A stretch of DNA of 20,000 nucleotides from Isosphaeraceae bacterium (GCA_965201075.1 CBDAVP010000015.1:173957-193956), one strand, 5' to 3'. Shown: positions 1-8,169, counted from the first letter of the stretch. The notes: generated by a model not told the origin, from the sequence alone. Made by a program: numbers and translations.

Positions 1-642
1 GACAACCCGGGCCATCCGGTAGATAGCGTTATCGCCAAGGTGCGGGGTTGAGCTGTGAGACGCTCGTCCGCGGGTGGTGAGCTTCCAGCGGACCGCCCCT
101 TTGTGGCAATTCACGAGATTCAGGAGAGTGGGCTCGGCCACGATGGCGAAGTCGGGCTTGAGGCTGGCGAGTTGCCCGGCCAGGGCGGAGGAACCCAGGT
201 GGGTGTATTCCTCGTCGACCGTGCAGGCGAGGATGACGGAGGCCGAGCCCGCGGGCCGCTCGCGGACGAGGCGGGCGAAGGCCAGGAGCATCGCGGCGAG
301 GCCCCCCTTGACGTCGCAGGCGCCCCGGCCGTGGAGCCGACCATTGCGGATCTCGGCGCCGAAGGGGGGGATGGTCATGCCTTCGGCGGGCACGGTGTCC
401 TGGTGGGCGTCGAAGAGGAGCGTGCGCGGCGGGCGTCCTGGAGCTTCGTACCAGGCCAGAAGATTGTCCCGGCCGGGGGCGACGGGCCGTCTCTCGACGC
501 GGACGCCGAGATCGCGGAGATAGGCCTCAAGGTAGTCGGTCACCCGGCCTTCGAGCATCGTCGCGGGGTTGACCGGTCGACCCATGGGGTTGAGGCTGGG
601 CAGGGCGACGAGGTCGGCCAGCAGGCGAATGGTGGCGTCCAA
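1..642 (-). CDS. M20 family metallopeptidase/deacetylase (ArgE/DapE-like), partial: runs off the left edge
   Basis: Absent from the ORF track; translated by hand. TTG start at 642 preceded by GGAG. Reads MDATIRLLADLVALPSLNPMG...LLFDAHQDTVP...GRLHGRGACDVKGG...CTVDEEY...AIVAEPT...HKG...GRASHSSTPHLGDNAIYRM, which contains the M20 metal-binding HxD, GRGxxDxKG, DEE and EPT motifs. Confidence 0.9.
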   Translation of the reverse strand, partial: MDATIRLLADLVALPSLNPMGRPVNPATMLEGRVTDYLEAYLRDLGVRVERRPVAPGRDNLLAWYEAPGRPPRTLLFDAHQDTVPAEGMTIPPFGAEIRNGRLHGRGACDVKGGLAAMLLAFARLVRERPAGSASVILACTVDEEYTHLGSSALAGQLASLKPDFAIVAEPTLLNLVNCHKGAVRWKLTTRGRASHSSTPHLGDNAIYRMARVV

Positions 643-822
643 CGGGGCGACTCCGGCGTTGCGGGGCGATTTGGGGGGATAGGCTGATGGCCGGGCCCTC
701 GGGGCGACGATAACCCCGGCGACGCGCGAGCGTCAATCGCGAGGGCGGCCTCGATCGCGCACGGTTCTGGACCTGGCGGGAATTGGCGGGCGGCTCGTGG
801 GACGAACCGCGGCGGGTTGGTC

Positions 823-850
823 TTGTGCACGGTTGACGGCGGTTTAGAAT
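823..850 (+). promoter_or_regulatory. Possible sigma70-type promoter for the aminomutase operon
   Basis: TTGTGC (823-828), 16 nt spacer, TAGAAT (845-850) in the divergent intergenic region. Pattern match only. Confidence 0.3.
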
Positions 851-934
851 CCGAACACCCTCACTGTCCCCGGGCACGCGCCGACCCTCCGGGCACGCCC
901 GCGTCACCCTCCAGCCGTCGGGGGTCTCTTCGCG

Positions 935-2350
935 ATGGGCGATCGTTCCGCGAGCCCGAATCTCAGTCTAGCCGTCGTCGATCCCGTCGCGGTCGCGGGC
1001 GAGCCGCCCGACGGCGACGAACCTCCAAGTTCGCCGGTCGTCGCTTCGACCGCGCGTTCCGTTCGACATCCGGCCTGGGCCGATGTGCCCGAGGACGATT
1101 GGCGGGACTGGCGATGGCAGTCTCAGAACGCCATCCGCTTGCCGAAGCAGCTCGCGGCGCTGCTGCCGCTGTCGCCCGAGGATCGGGCGGCGATGGATGC
1201 CTTGCAGGCTGAGTACAAACTGACGATCCCGCCGTATTACTTTTCGCTGATCGACCCGGCCGACCCGTTGGACCCGATCCGCCTACAATCGTTCCCTTCA
1301 CCCCTGGAAATGGCCGGCGCCGCGGGGACCGAGGAGGATGATCCGCTCGATGAGGAGAAGGATGCGCCAGTACCCGGCCTGACCCATCGGTATCCGGACC
1401 GTGCCTTACTGGTCACGACGCACGTCTGCACCATGTATTGCCGGTTCTGCACCCGCAAGCGGGCGACGATGCGACGGGGCGGGTGGGATGCGGTTTCACG
1501 AGATGATGAGCGTATGGTCGAGTACGTGCGCAATCATCCGGAGATTCGCGACGTGATCGTCTCCGGAGGCGACCCACTGACCTTGCCCCTGACGAAGCTG
1601 GAATTTTTCTTGAAAAATCTGGCGGCGATTCCGCATGTCGACGTCGTGAGGGTGGGGACCCGAGTGCCGGTGACCTTGCCTCAGCGGCTGGACGACGATG
1701 CGTTGATTGGGGTCCTGGAGGCGGCGGGAAAGGTCTGGATTCAGACGCACTTCAACCACCCCCGAGAAGTCACGCCCGAGGCCCGTCGCGGTTGCGATCG
1801 ACTGCGAATGGCGGGGATGCCGATCAATAATCATGCCGTGCTGCTGAAGGGCGTCAACGATAGCCTGGAAACGCAACGGGAGTTGTGCCGCGCGTTGCTG
1901 CGGATCAAGGTGCGTCCGTACTACCTGTTCCACTGCGACCCGGTGACGGGCGCTGGGCATTTCCGGACGTCGATCTGGAAAGGGTTGGAGATCATCGAAG
2001 GATTGCGCGGGCATCTCTCGGGTCTGGGTGTACCGACTTACGTGGTGGATGCACCTCGGGGTGGGGGGAAAATCCCCTTGATGCCGAATTACCTGGTCTC
2101 GGCTTCCGACGAAGCGGTGGTGCTACGCAACTATGAGGGAATGTTGGTTCGCTACAACCCGAGTGGCGCGCCTGTTCGCGAGGGGCTCGCGGCGAAAACG
2201 CAGGGGGTGAGCGCCTTGCTGTCCGGCGAGGCCGAGGCTTTGATCCCGGAGGGGAATCCGCGTCACCGTCGTCGCTCGGCCGCGGCGAGCACCAATGGCC
2301 ATGTCAACGGCAATGGACGCGTCAATGGGAAGGGTGGAGCGTTGTCGTGA
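935..2350 (+). CDS. kamA: KamA family radical SAM/PLP enzyme, lysine 2,3-aminomutase-like
   Basis: WxDWRWQ N-terminus, GLTHRYPDR, radical SAM motif CTMYCRFC, SGGDPL, HFNHPRE, PYYLFHCD, and YVVDAPRGGGKIP (PLP-binding Lys). The substrate is not proven. Confidence 0.88.
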   Translation: MGDRSASPNLSLAVVDPVAVAGEPPDGDEPPSSPVVASTARSVRHPAWADVPEDDWRDWRWQSQNAIRLPKQLAALLPLSPEDRAAMDALQAEYKLTIPPYYFSLIDPADPLDPIRLQSFPSPLEMAGAAGTEEDDPLDEEKDAPVPGLTHRYPDRALLVTTHVCTMYCRFCTRKRATMRRGGWDAVSRDDERMVEYVRNHPEIRDVIVSGGDPLTLPLTKLEFFLKNLAAIPHVDVVRVGTRVPVTLPQRLDDDALIGVLEAAGKVWIQTHFNHPREVTPEARRGCDRLRMAGMPINNHAVLLKGVNDSLETQRELCRALLRIKVRPYYLFHCDPVTGAGHFRTSIWKGLEIIEGLRGHLSGLGVPTYVVDAPRGGGKIPLMPNYLVSASDEAVVLRNYEGMLVRYNPSGAPVREGLAAKTQGVSALLSGEAEALIPEGNPRHRRRSAAASTNGHVNGNGRVNGKGGALS

Positions 2351-3357
2351 GGGTTGGCCTCGCCTACGACCTGTTGCCTGCGGAACGGGGCGGCGACGGC
2401 CCGGATGATCGCTTCGAGGAATTCGATAAGCCGGAGACTGTCGAGGCCCTCGCGGCGGTGATTCGCGACGAGGGGCACGAGGTCACGCTGCTGGGCAATG
2501 GCCGGTCGTTCCTGTTCGAGATGCTGGAAGACCCTCCCGACTTCGTATTTAACATTGCCGAGGGACATGGGGGCGGTCGGAGTCGGGAAGCACGCGTGCC
2601 GGCTGTTTGCGAGATGCTGGACGTGCCGTATTCGGGCTCGGACCCACTGACCCTGGCCGCTAGCCTCGATAAGGATGTCGCCAAGCGACTGGCCGGCTCG
2701 TTCGGGGTGCGGGTTCCCCACGGATTCGTCTATCGCCCCGACCCCCGCGGGTTCGTGACCGGGCCGGAATATTTGAAGGGTCCGTCGCAATTCCCGGTTA
2801 TCCTGAAACCGGCGTGCGAGGGTTCGAGCAAGGGGATTCGCGGTCGCTGCCTGGCCCATTCCCGAGCGGAGGTTGCCGAGGCGTGTGCCCGACTGGCGAG
2901 AGACTACCACCAACCGGTCCTGGTCGAGGAGTTCATCGAAGGGGACGAGGTCACCGTCGGCGTGGTGGGCAATGGCCACGATGCCGAGGTCATTGGCGCG
3001 ATGCGAATCGTCCCTAGGCGGACGGATGTGCCGTTCGTTTATTCGCTGGAGGTGAAGCGGGACTGGGCCAACCGGGTCGACTACGAAGCCCCCGCGGCAC
3101 TGCCCGAAATTCTGGATCACCAGATCAAGGCGACGGCCCACCTGATCTTTCTGGCACTGGGGTGTCGGGACGTGGCGCGACTGGATTTTCGCGTCCGCGA
3201 CGGCATCCCTTATTTCATCGAGGCCAACCCGTTGCCGGGCCTGGCGCCGTTGACGAGCGATCTGGTGATCCTGGCCGCAGGGCATGGGGTTGATCATGCC
3301 GAGTTGATCCGGCGGATCTTGCACGCGTCGCTGCTACGCAACGGACTGATGACATGA
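2347..3357 (+). CDS. D-Ala-D-Ala-ligase-like ATP-grasp protein (ligase 1)
   Basis: VFNIAEG, PYSGSD, DKDVAK, ILKPACEGSSKGI, VEEFIEGDE, ARLDFR, IEANPLPG. GTGA start/stop overlap with kamA. Confidence 0.88.
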   Translation: MRVGLAYDLLPAERGGDGPDDRFEEFDKPETVEALAAVIRDEGHEVTLLGNGRSFLFEMLEDPPDFVFNIAEGHGGGRSREARVPAVCEMLDVPYSGSDPLTLAASLDKDVAKRLAGSFGVRVPHGFVYRPDPRGFVTGPEYLKGPSQFPVILKPACEGSSKGIRGRCLAHSRAEVAEACARLARDYHQPVLVEEFIEGDEVTVGVVGNGHDAEVIGAMRIVPRRTDVPFVYSLEVKRDWANRVDYEAPAALPEILDHQIKATAHLIFLALGCRDVARLDFRVRDGIPYFIEANPLPGLAPLTSDLVILAAGHGVDHAELIRRILHASLLRNGLMT

Positions 3358-4361
3358 GCCTCGGCGCCCGACCGAGGGTGGCCGTGCTGTTCAATGAGCC
3401 GACCTTGCCGCCGGGGCATCCCGACGCGGCGTCGGAGGCGGACGTGGTGGCCGTGGCGGAGACTGTGGCCAAGGCCCTCGGGGGTCATGGATTCCTGGCA
3501 ACGCTGCTGCCGGCGGGTCCACCCGTGGGAAGGTTGGTCGCGGCCCTGGAGACCGATCGGCCGGACGTGGTGTTCAACCTGATCGAGGGGTTTGGCGGGT
3601 CGAGCGGCGGCGAGGCGTATGTCACGGGGCTGCTGGAATTGCTCGGGCTCCCTTACACGGGTTGCCCTCCCGAGGCCCAGTCGCTGTGTCGCCAGAAGGG
3701 GCGGACCAAGGCCCTACTGGCGGGTTGCGGCCTTCCCACGGCGCCGTTCGTGATCCTGGAGGCGGGAGAGGTTTTGGTGCCCACGGACCTGCCGTTCCCG
3801 TTGGTGGTCAAGCCGGAAGCCGAGGATGGAAGCCTCGGGATCGACCAGGGCAGCGTCGTGACCGATGTCGACGCTTTGAGGATGAGAGTGAAGCGTCTCC
3901 GATCCGCTTATGGCGGGAAGGTGCTGGTCGAGGCGTACTTGCCTGGCCCCGAATATAACGTTGGGGTTCTGGAGCTGCCGGTAGCGGTGGCGCTGCCGGT
4001 GGCGGAGGTGGTCTTCGAGAGTTTGCCCGGTTCCTGGCCGATCCTGACGTACGCGGCGAAGTGGTCGGCGGGCTCGGCCGAGGATCTGGCGAGCCCCGTC
4101 CGCTGCCCCGCCCTGGTTGATCCGTCGCTGGCGGATCGCCTCGCGACGTTGGCGGTGAAGGCTTTCGTGGCGACCGGGTGTCGGGACGTGGCGAGGGTGG
4201 ATTTTCGGCTCGATGTCACGGGAAAGCCAATGATCCTGGAGGTGAACCCGAATCCGGACCTTGGCCCCTCGGCCGGGTGGGCGAGGGCGTTGGCCGCGTC
4301 GGGTCGAAATTATGCCGAGACGGTCGCGGCGTTGACGTCGCGGGCTCTTGGGAGGAAGTGA
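3354..4361 (+). CDS. D-Ala-D-Ala-ligase-like ATP-grasp protein (ligase 2)
   Basis: VFNLIEG, PYTGC, VVKPEAEDGSLGI, VEAYLPGPE, YAAKW, ARVDFR, LEVNPNPD. ATGA overlap with ligase 1. Confidence 0.88.
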   Translation: MSLGARPRVAVLFNEPTLPPGHPDAASEADVVAVAETVAKALGGHGFLATLLPAGPPVGRLVAALETDRPDVVFNLIEGFGGSSGGEAYVTGLLELLGLPYTGCPPEAQSLCRQKGRTKALLAGCGLPTAPFVILEAGEVLVPTDLPFPLVVKPEAEDGSLGIDQGSVVTDVDALRMRVKRLRSAYGGKVLVEAYLPGPEYNVGVLELPVAVALPVAEVVFESLPGSWPILTYAAKWSAGSAEDLASPVRCPALVDPSLADRLATLAVKAFVATGCRDVARVDFRLDVTGKPMILEVNPNPDLGPSAGWARALAASGRNYAETVAALTSRALGRK

Positions 4362-4510
4362 TCAGTTTCTCCGCAGTTCTGGCGATGCGCACCGGTGAGG
4401 TTGTGGTGACCGGATCGGCGGGATTAGAGTGACGGGGTCACGACACCGTTGGCTTGAGGCCTAGCCCGGAAGGTCCGGGGGATGCCTCGGGCGACCCCGG
4501 AGCTTTCGCC

Positions 4511-5620
4511 ATGCGCACCGCCTGGACAGCCATCGTCTTGCTCGCGTCGAGTCTTGCGACGATCGGCGCGAGGGGTGGCGAGGTATTGAACCTGGGCGAC
4601 CCCGCGCCGCCGTTGAAGGTCAAGGAGTGGGTCAAGGGGGAGAAACTCGATGGGTTCGCGGCGGGCAAGACCTACGTCGTCGAGTTCTGGGCGACTTGGT
4701 GCGGCCCGTGCCGGGCGAGCATCCCGCACCTGACCGAGTTGGCTCACAAATACAAGGATGTGGCGTTCGTGGGAGCCGACGTCTGGGAGCACGATCTTTC
4801 GCAGGTTGAACCGTTCCTGAAGGAGATGGGCGACCAGATGGACTATCGGGTCGCGCTTGACGACGTGCCCGAAGGGGGGACACCCAACGACGGGGCGATG
4901 GCGAAGGGTTGGATGAAGGCGGCCGAGGAGAACGGAATCCCGACGGCGTTCGTGGTCCGCGACGGCGTTATCGCCTGGATTGGTCATCCGATGGAACTGG
5001 ATGGACCTCTGGCAAAGATCGTGGCGGGGGACTGGGACGCGAAGGCGAAAGCTCCAGAACGTCTGGCCGCGAAGGCCAAGCAGCAGAAGGTTTCGAAGGT
5101 CGCCGAGCAGGTTTATCCTCCGTTTCGGGCCAAGGATTACAAGGCGACCCTTTCGGCCCTGCGCCAGACGACTTCCGACGACCCGGCGTTGGCGGAGGAT
5201 TTCGACTGGTTGAAGTTCGCCTGCCTGTGCAACAGCGGCGAAATCGACAAGGGGCTGGAACTTGGCCGCAAGCTGCTGGATCGCAACCGGGATAATCCCA
5301 TGGCGATCAATCAATATTTCTGGAACGTGATCGACCCCGAGACCAAAGTGGACCCGGATCCCCGGGTCGCCCGCCTGGCTCTGGAGGCCGCTCGTCGCGC
5401 CGTGGAGTTAACCAAGGGGGAGAACGTGGCGATTTTGGACACCCTGGCCCATGCGCTTTACTGGACCGGGGACGCGGCCGAGGCGGTCGAGGTGGAAGAA
5501 AAGGCCCTCGAGCAGGTGGAGGCTCAGGTCAAGGACCCCGAGAGCCCCATCCCAGCCTCGTTTCGCGCGAGCCTGGAGCGGTTCCGCCGGGCCAAGGCGG
5601 AACAGGCCAAGCGTCGTTGA
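4511..5620 (+). CDS. Exported TlpA/redoxin-family thiol-disulfide oxidoreductase with C-terminal helical TPR-like region
   Basis: ATG at 4511 with GGAG upstream (the ORF-track start at 4454 is probably too long). Signal peptide MRTAWTAIVLLASSLA, GDPAPPL, VVEFWATWCGPCR, GIPTAFVV (cis-Pro loop), and TPR-like ILDTLAHALYWTGDAAEAV. Confidence 0.85.
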   Translation: MRTAWTAIVLLASSLATIGARGGEVLNLGDPAPPLKVKEWVKGEKLDGFAAGKTYVVEFWATWCGPCRASIPHLTELAHKYKDVAFVGADVWEHDLSQVEPFLKEMGDQMDYRVALDDVPEGGTPNDGAMAKGWMKAAEENGIPTAFVVRDGVIAWIGHPMELDGPLAKIVAGDWDAKAKAPERLAAKAKQQKVSKVAEQVYPPFRAKDYKATLSALRQTTSDDPALAEDFDWLKFACLCNSGEIDKGLELGRKLLDRNRDNPMAINQYFWNVIDPETKVDPDPRVARLALEAARRAVELTKGENVAILDTLAHALYWTGDAAEAVEVEEKALEQVEAQVKDPESPIPASFRASLERFRRAKAEQAKRR

Positions 5621-5630
5621 GGTGGTAAAG

Positions 5631-5668
5631 GACAGGGCGGGCGGTCGCGATCAAGCGCCCGCCCCGTC
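5631..5668. terminator. GC-rich hairpin between convergent genes, probable bidirectional terminator
   Basis: GACAGGGCGGGCG (5631-5643) pairs with CGCCCGCCCCGTC (5656-5668), 12 of 13 bp. It overlaps the stop codon of the Lgt-like gene and has no strong U-tract. Confidence 0.5.
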
Positions 5669-6364
5669 GGTCCGCCTCGGGAGGATTCTGGCGGCGGAGT
5701 CGCGGATCCAGAGGAGGCCGAAGACGGGCATCAACGCCAGGCAGGCCCACTGGTAGCCGGTGAGGCCGAGGGCGAGGATTGGCTCGGGGCGGAGGAACTC
5801 GGTCAGGATCCGGAAGACGAGGTAGGTCAGGATATACAGTTTGATGAGTTGGCCCTGGAAGCGGCCTCGGCGGCGGAGTTGGGCCAGGATCAGGGCGGCG
5901 GAGAGGTGGAAGGCGGCTTCGTAAAGTTGTGTGGGGTGGCGGGGACACCCGTCGCCGAAGTCGACTCCCCAGGGAAGGGTGGTGGGCCGGCCGAAGCAGC
6001 AGCCAGCGCTGAAGCAAGCGAGCCGGCCGACTCCGACCGCCGCGGCAACCGGCACCGCGAAGCCGTCGCCCGTCTTGACTCGCAGGTCGAGCGACCATTT
6101 GGCCAGCTCGACCCCGAAGTAGCCGCCGACCAGGCCGAACACCAGCGTCTTGCCGCCGTCGAGCCAGGCTTTCCCGCTGAGGAAGCCGTCGGGATCGGCG
6201 AGCAGGAACGGCAGCTTGGCGCCGATCATTCCTCCGCAGAACGCCCCCAGGGCCAGCCCGAGCCGCTCACGAGGCGCAAGGCCCAGGTGACTCTGCGAGC
6301 GGCGGCCGAGCAGCAAGCCGGTCGCCACCGAAAGGCCCATCAGGATGGGATAGGAGGCGGTCAA
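5651..6364 (-). CDS. Prolipoprotein diacylglyceryl transferase (Lgt)-family membrane protein, non-canonical
   Basis: Multiple hydrophobic helices, GRLACFSAGCCFG, PWGV, RHPTQLYE and YLVFRILTEFLR Lgt signatures. TTGA overlap with the upstream radical SAM gene. Confidence 0.85.
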   Translation of the reverse strand: MTASYPILMGLSVATGLLLGRRSQSHLGLAPRERLGLALGAFCGGMIGAKLPFLLADPDGFLSGKAWLDGGKTLVFGLVGGYFGVELAKWSLDLRVKTGDGFAVPVAAAVGVGRLACFSAGCCFGRPTTLPWGVDFGDGCPRHPTQLYEAAFHLSAALILAQLRRRGRFQGQLIKLYILTYLVFRILTEFLRPEPILALGLTGYQWACLALMPVFGLLWIRDSAARILPRRTDGAGA

Positions 6365-7815
6365 CGGGCGGGTTCTCCGATGGCGACGAGAGCCCCGGCC
6401 GCTCGCAAGGCGGGCAAGGCGACGTGCCCCTCCCGGTAGAGCACGTTATAAGCGCAGAAGGGGATGACGTGGCCGGAGGGAAGGACGTGGTGGGTACAGC
6501 ACTTCATCAGGCGGCGGACGTCGAAGTTGTAGACGTCAAGGAACGAGGTGATCGTGATCCGGAAGACATCCTCGGGGTGCAAGTTTTCGCGGATGGCGCG
6601 GTCTAAAAATTCGGTGGCCGCCGCGGGGAGTGGCTCGGTCGGTAAGCTCCCCCCTGCCCCGTTGGTCGACGGGAAAGACTCGCAGCAACTCACGAGTTTT
6701 GCCAGGTATTGCTCGATAAGCTGTCGGGCCCGGTTTCGTGAGAAGAGAATTCCGTTGGCGAGGATTTCCAGATGGTTGCGGGCGTCGATGAATCGGGGCA
6801 GCGGCAGGACCTCGCCACCTGATCGGTAGGCATAGGTGAGGCTGTGGCAATTCGGGTGGGCGCAGGGCAGTGGAAGGAAGTCGTCCTCGCGAAAGAGGCC
6901 GTCGGTTTGTTCAGCCACGGCGCGGATGACGTCGGGGAAGGTGACGCGGCGTTCCAGGTCGGCGGGCAGGACGTGACGGCCGGAATAGGTCGCCGGCTGG
7001 AAACTGATCCCGGTGATGTGCGGTCGGCCGATCCCGTAGTGGACCAGGGGGCCGATCTCGGACTCATTGACTCCGCCCTGGAGCGTGCAAACCAAAGTGG
7101 TGCGGATTCCCCGTTCGGCCAGCAGGTCCAGGGCCCGAAGTTTGGTGGTCGTGAGCGACTCGCCGCGCAGGGCGGTGGAGGTGGCGTCGGTGAACCCGTC
7201 GAGCTGGAAGTATAATTCGATCCGGTGGCGTTGCTTCTCCAGGCCATCGAGCAGGGACGGGTCTCGGGCGATTCGCAGTCCGTTGGTGTTGACCATCACC
7301 ACGTCGATGGGTTGGTCACAGGCATAGTCGAGGATGCGGAGAAACTCGGGGTGGAGGGTCGGTTCGCCGCCGGAGAGCTGGCAAACCTCGGCTCGCCCCT
7401 CAGTCGCGACGAGGCGGTCGATGGCTCGTTGAACGTCCTCGAACGATTGGTGGGTGCCGCCCGGACCGCTGGAGGCGAAGCACATCGGACAACGGAGGTT
7501 GCAGGCCGAGGTCAGTTCGACCAGGCCGATGCAGGTGTGCTGCTCGTGCTCGGTGCAGAGGCCGCAGTCGTAGGGGCAACCCTTGTCGGGTTCAACTCCG
7601 TACAGGGCGGGCACCTTGCCAGGGAGGCTGTATTGCATCTGGTCGTAGAGGGCGACGTCGGAGCAGACGAAGTCCTCGCGGACGCCGTGGGTGGGGCAAC
7701 GCTTGCGGAAGTATACGCGCTGGCCCTTGGTGATGATCTTGGCCGGCACCAGGGCCAGGCATTCGGGGCAAAGGCTCTGGGTGGTTCCCAGGAAGGTGTG
7801 GTCTCGAAGTTTCAT
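6361..7815 (-). CDS. Radical SAM protein of the Tes / MJ0619 (GDGT-MAS, tetraether synthase) family
   Basis: The likely start is ATG 7815 (ATGA overlap with the upstream gene), giving 484 aa. N-terminal TQSLCPEC...KRCPTHG metal site, GCPYDCGLC...HTC auxiliary cluster motif, CNLRCPMC SAM cluster, SGGEPT, NTNG, LQFDG-like FQLDG, and C-terminal CAHPNC, FLDVYNFD, KCC...IPFCAYN. Confidence 0.85.
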   Translation of the reverse strand: MKLRDHTFLGTTQSLCPECLALVPAKIITKGQRVYFRKRCPTHGVREDFVCSDVALYDQMQYSLPGKVPALYGVEPDKGCPYDCGLCTEHEQHTCIGLVELTSACNLRCPMCFASSGPGGTHQSFEDVQRAIDRLVATEGRAEVCQLSGGEPTLHPEFLRILDYACDQPIDVVMVNTNGLRIARDPSLLDGLEKQRHRIELYFQLDGFTDATSTALRGESLTTTKLRALDLLAERGIRTTLVCTLQGGVNESEIGPLVHYGIGRPHITGISFQPATYSGRHVLPADLERRVTFPDVIRAVAEQTDGLFREDDFLPLPCAHPNCHSLTYAYRSGGEVLPLPRFIDARNHLEILANGILFSRNRARQLIEQYLAKLVSCCESFPSTNGAGGSLPTEPLPAAATEFLDRAIRENLHPEDVFRITITSFLDVYNFDVRRLMKCCTHHVLPSGHVIPFCAYNVLYREGHVALPALRAAGALVAIGEPAR

Positions 7816-8153
7816 GAGGGGCGATCCTTGTGAGGCCATAGCCGACGGGCGATCGAGATCATGGTCAGAAGGGCGGCTCCCAGGCCGATGACGATCGGGA
7901 TGGCAAGGGGGGACGACCCCGACACGATCGTGCTTCGTACACCGATGGCCAGGCAACCGACCGGCATACAGGTCCCGACGAACGCGACGGTCCCCGTGAC
8001 AAGGAGCAGAAGCATCAACGCACGAGCGACCCCAAGACTGACGGCGGCCCACGCGATCGCGACCATCAACGCCCCGAGGCTGATCCGGTTCCGGGACGGC
8101 CGAGAAGGCGGCTGAGGGGCTATGTCCGGGGTTTCGTCGGCGGGCGTGGTCAT
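7812..8153 (-). CDS. Small membrane protein (113 aa), paralog A, with AFVGTCMPVGC motif
   Basis: GAGG SD before the ATG, about 3 hydrophobic helices, stop overlapping the radical SAM start, and motifs shared with the 8170-8727 gene. Confidence 0.75.
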   Translation of the reverse strand: MTTPADETPDIAPQPPSRPSRNRISLGALMVAIAWAAVSLGVARALMLLLLVTGTVAFVGTCMPVGCLAIGVRSTIVSGSSPLAIPIVIGLGAALLTMISIARRLWPHKDRPS

Positions 8154-8169
8154 CGCGAATCCGCCTCGG

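Noticed and set aside
55..687. 210-aa plus-strand ORF and other short ORFs in 55-907
   Set aside because: These are antisense shadows of the minus-strand M20 gene, which carries the real motifs.
935..2350. Calling the aminomutase EpmB (EF-P beta-lysylation)
   Set aside because: At 471 aa it is longer than typical EpmB, has a KamA-type C-terminus, and has no efp or epmA nearby.
2347..4361. Calling the ligases housekeeping ddl or van-type resistance ligases
   Set aside because: The canonical N-terminal GGxSxE motif is missing and there is no mur/dcw or vanHX context.
7816..8052. 79-aa N-terminal extension of the radical SAM ORF in the ORF track
   Set aside because: It overlaps the membrane-protein gene in another frame. 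Family homology starts at MKLRDH, with an ATGA coupling at 7815.
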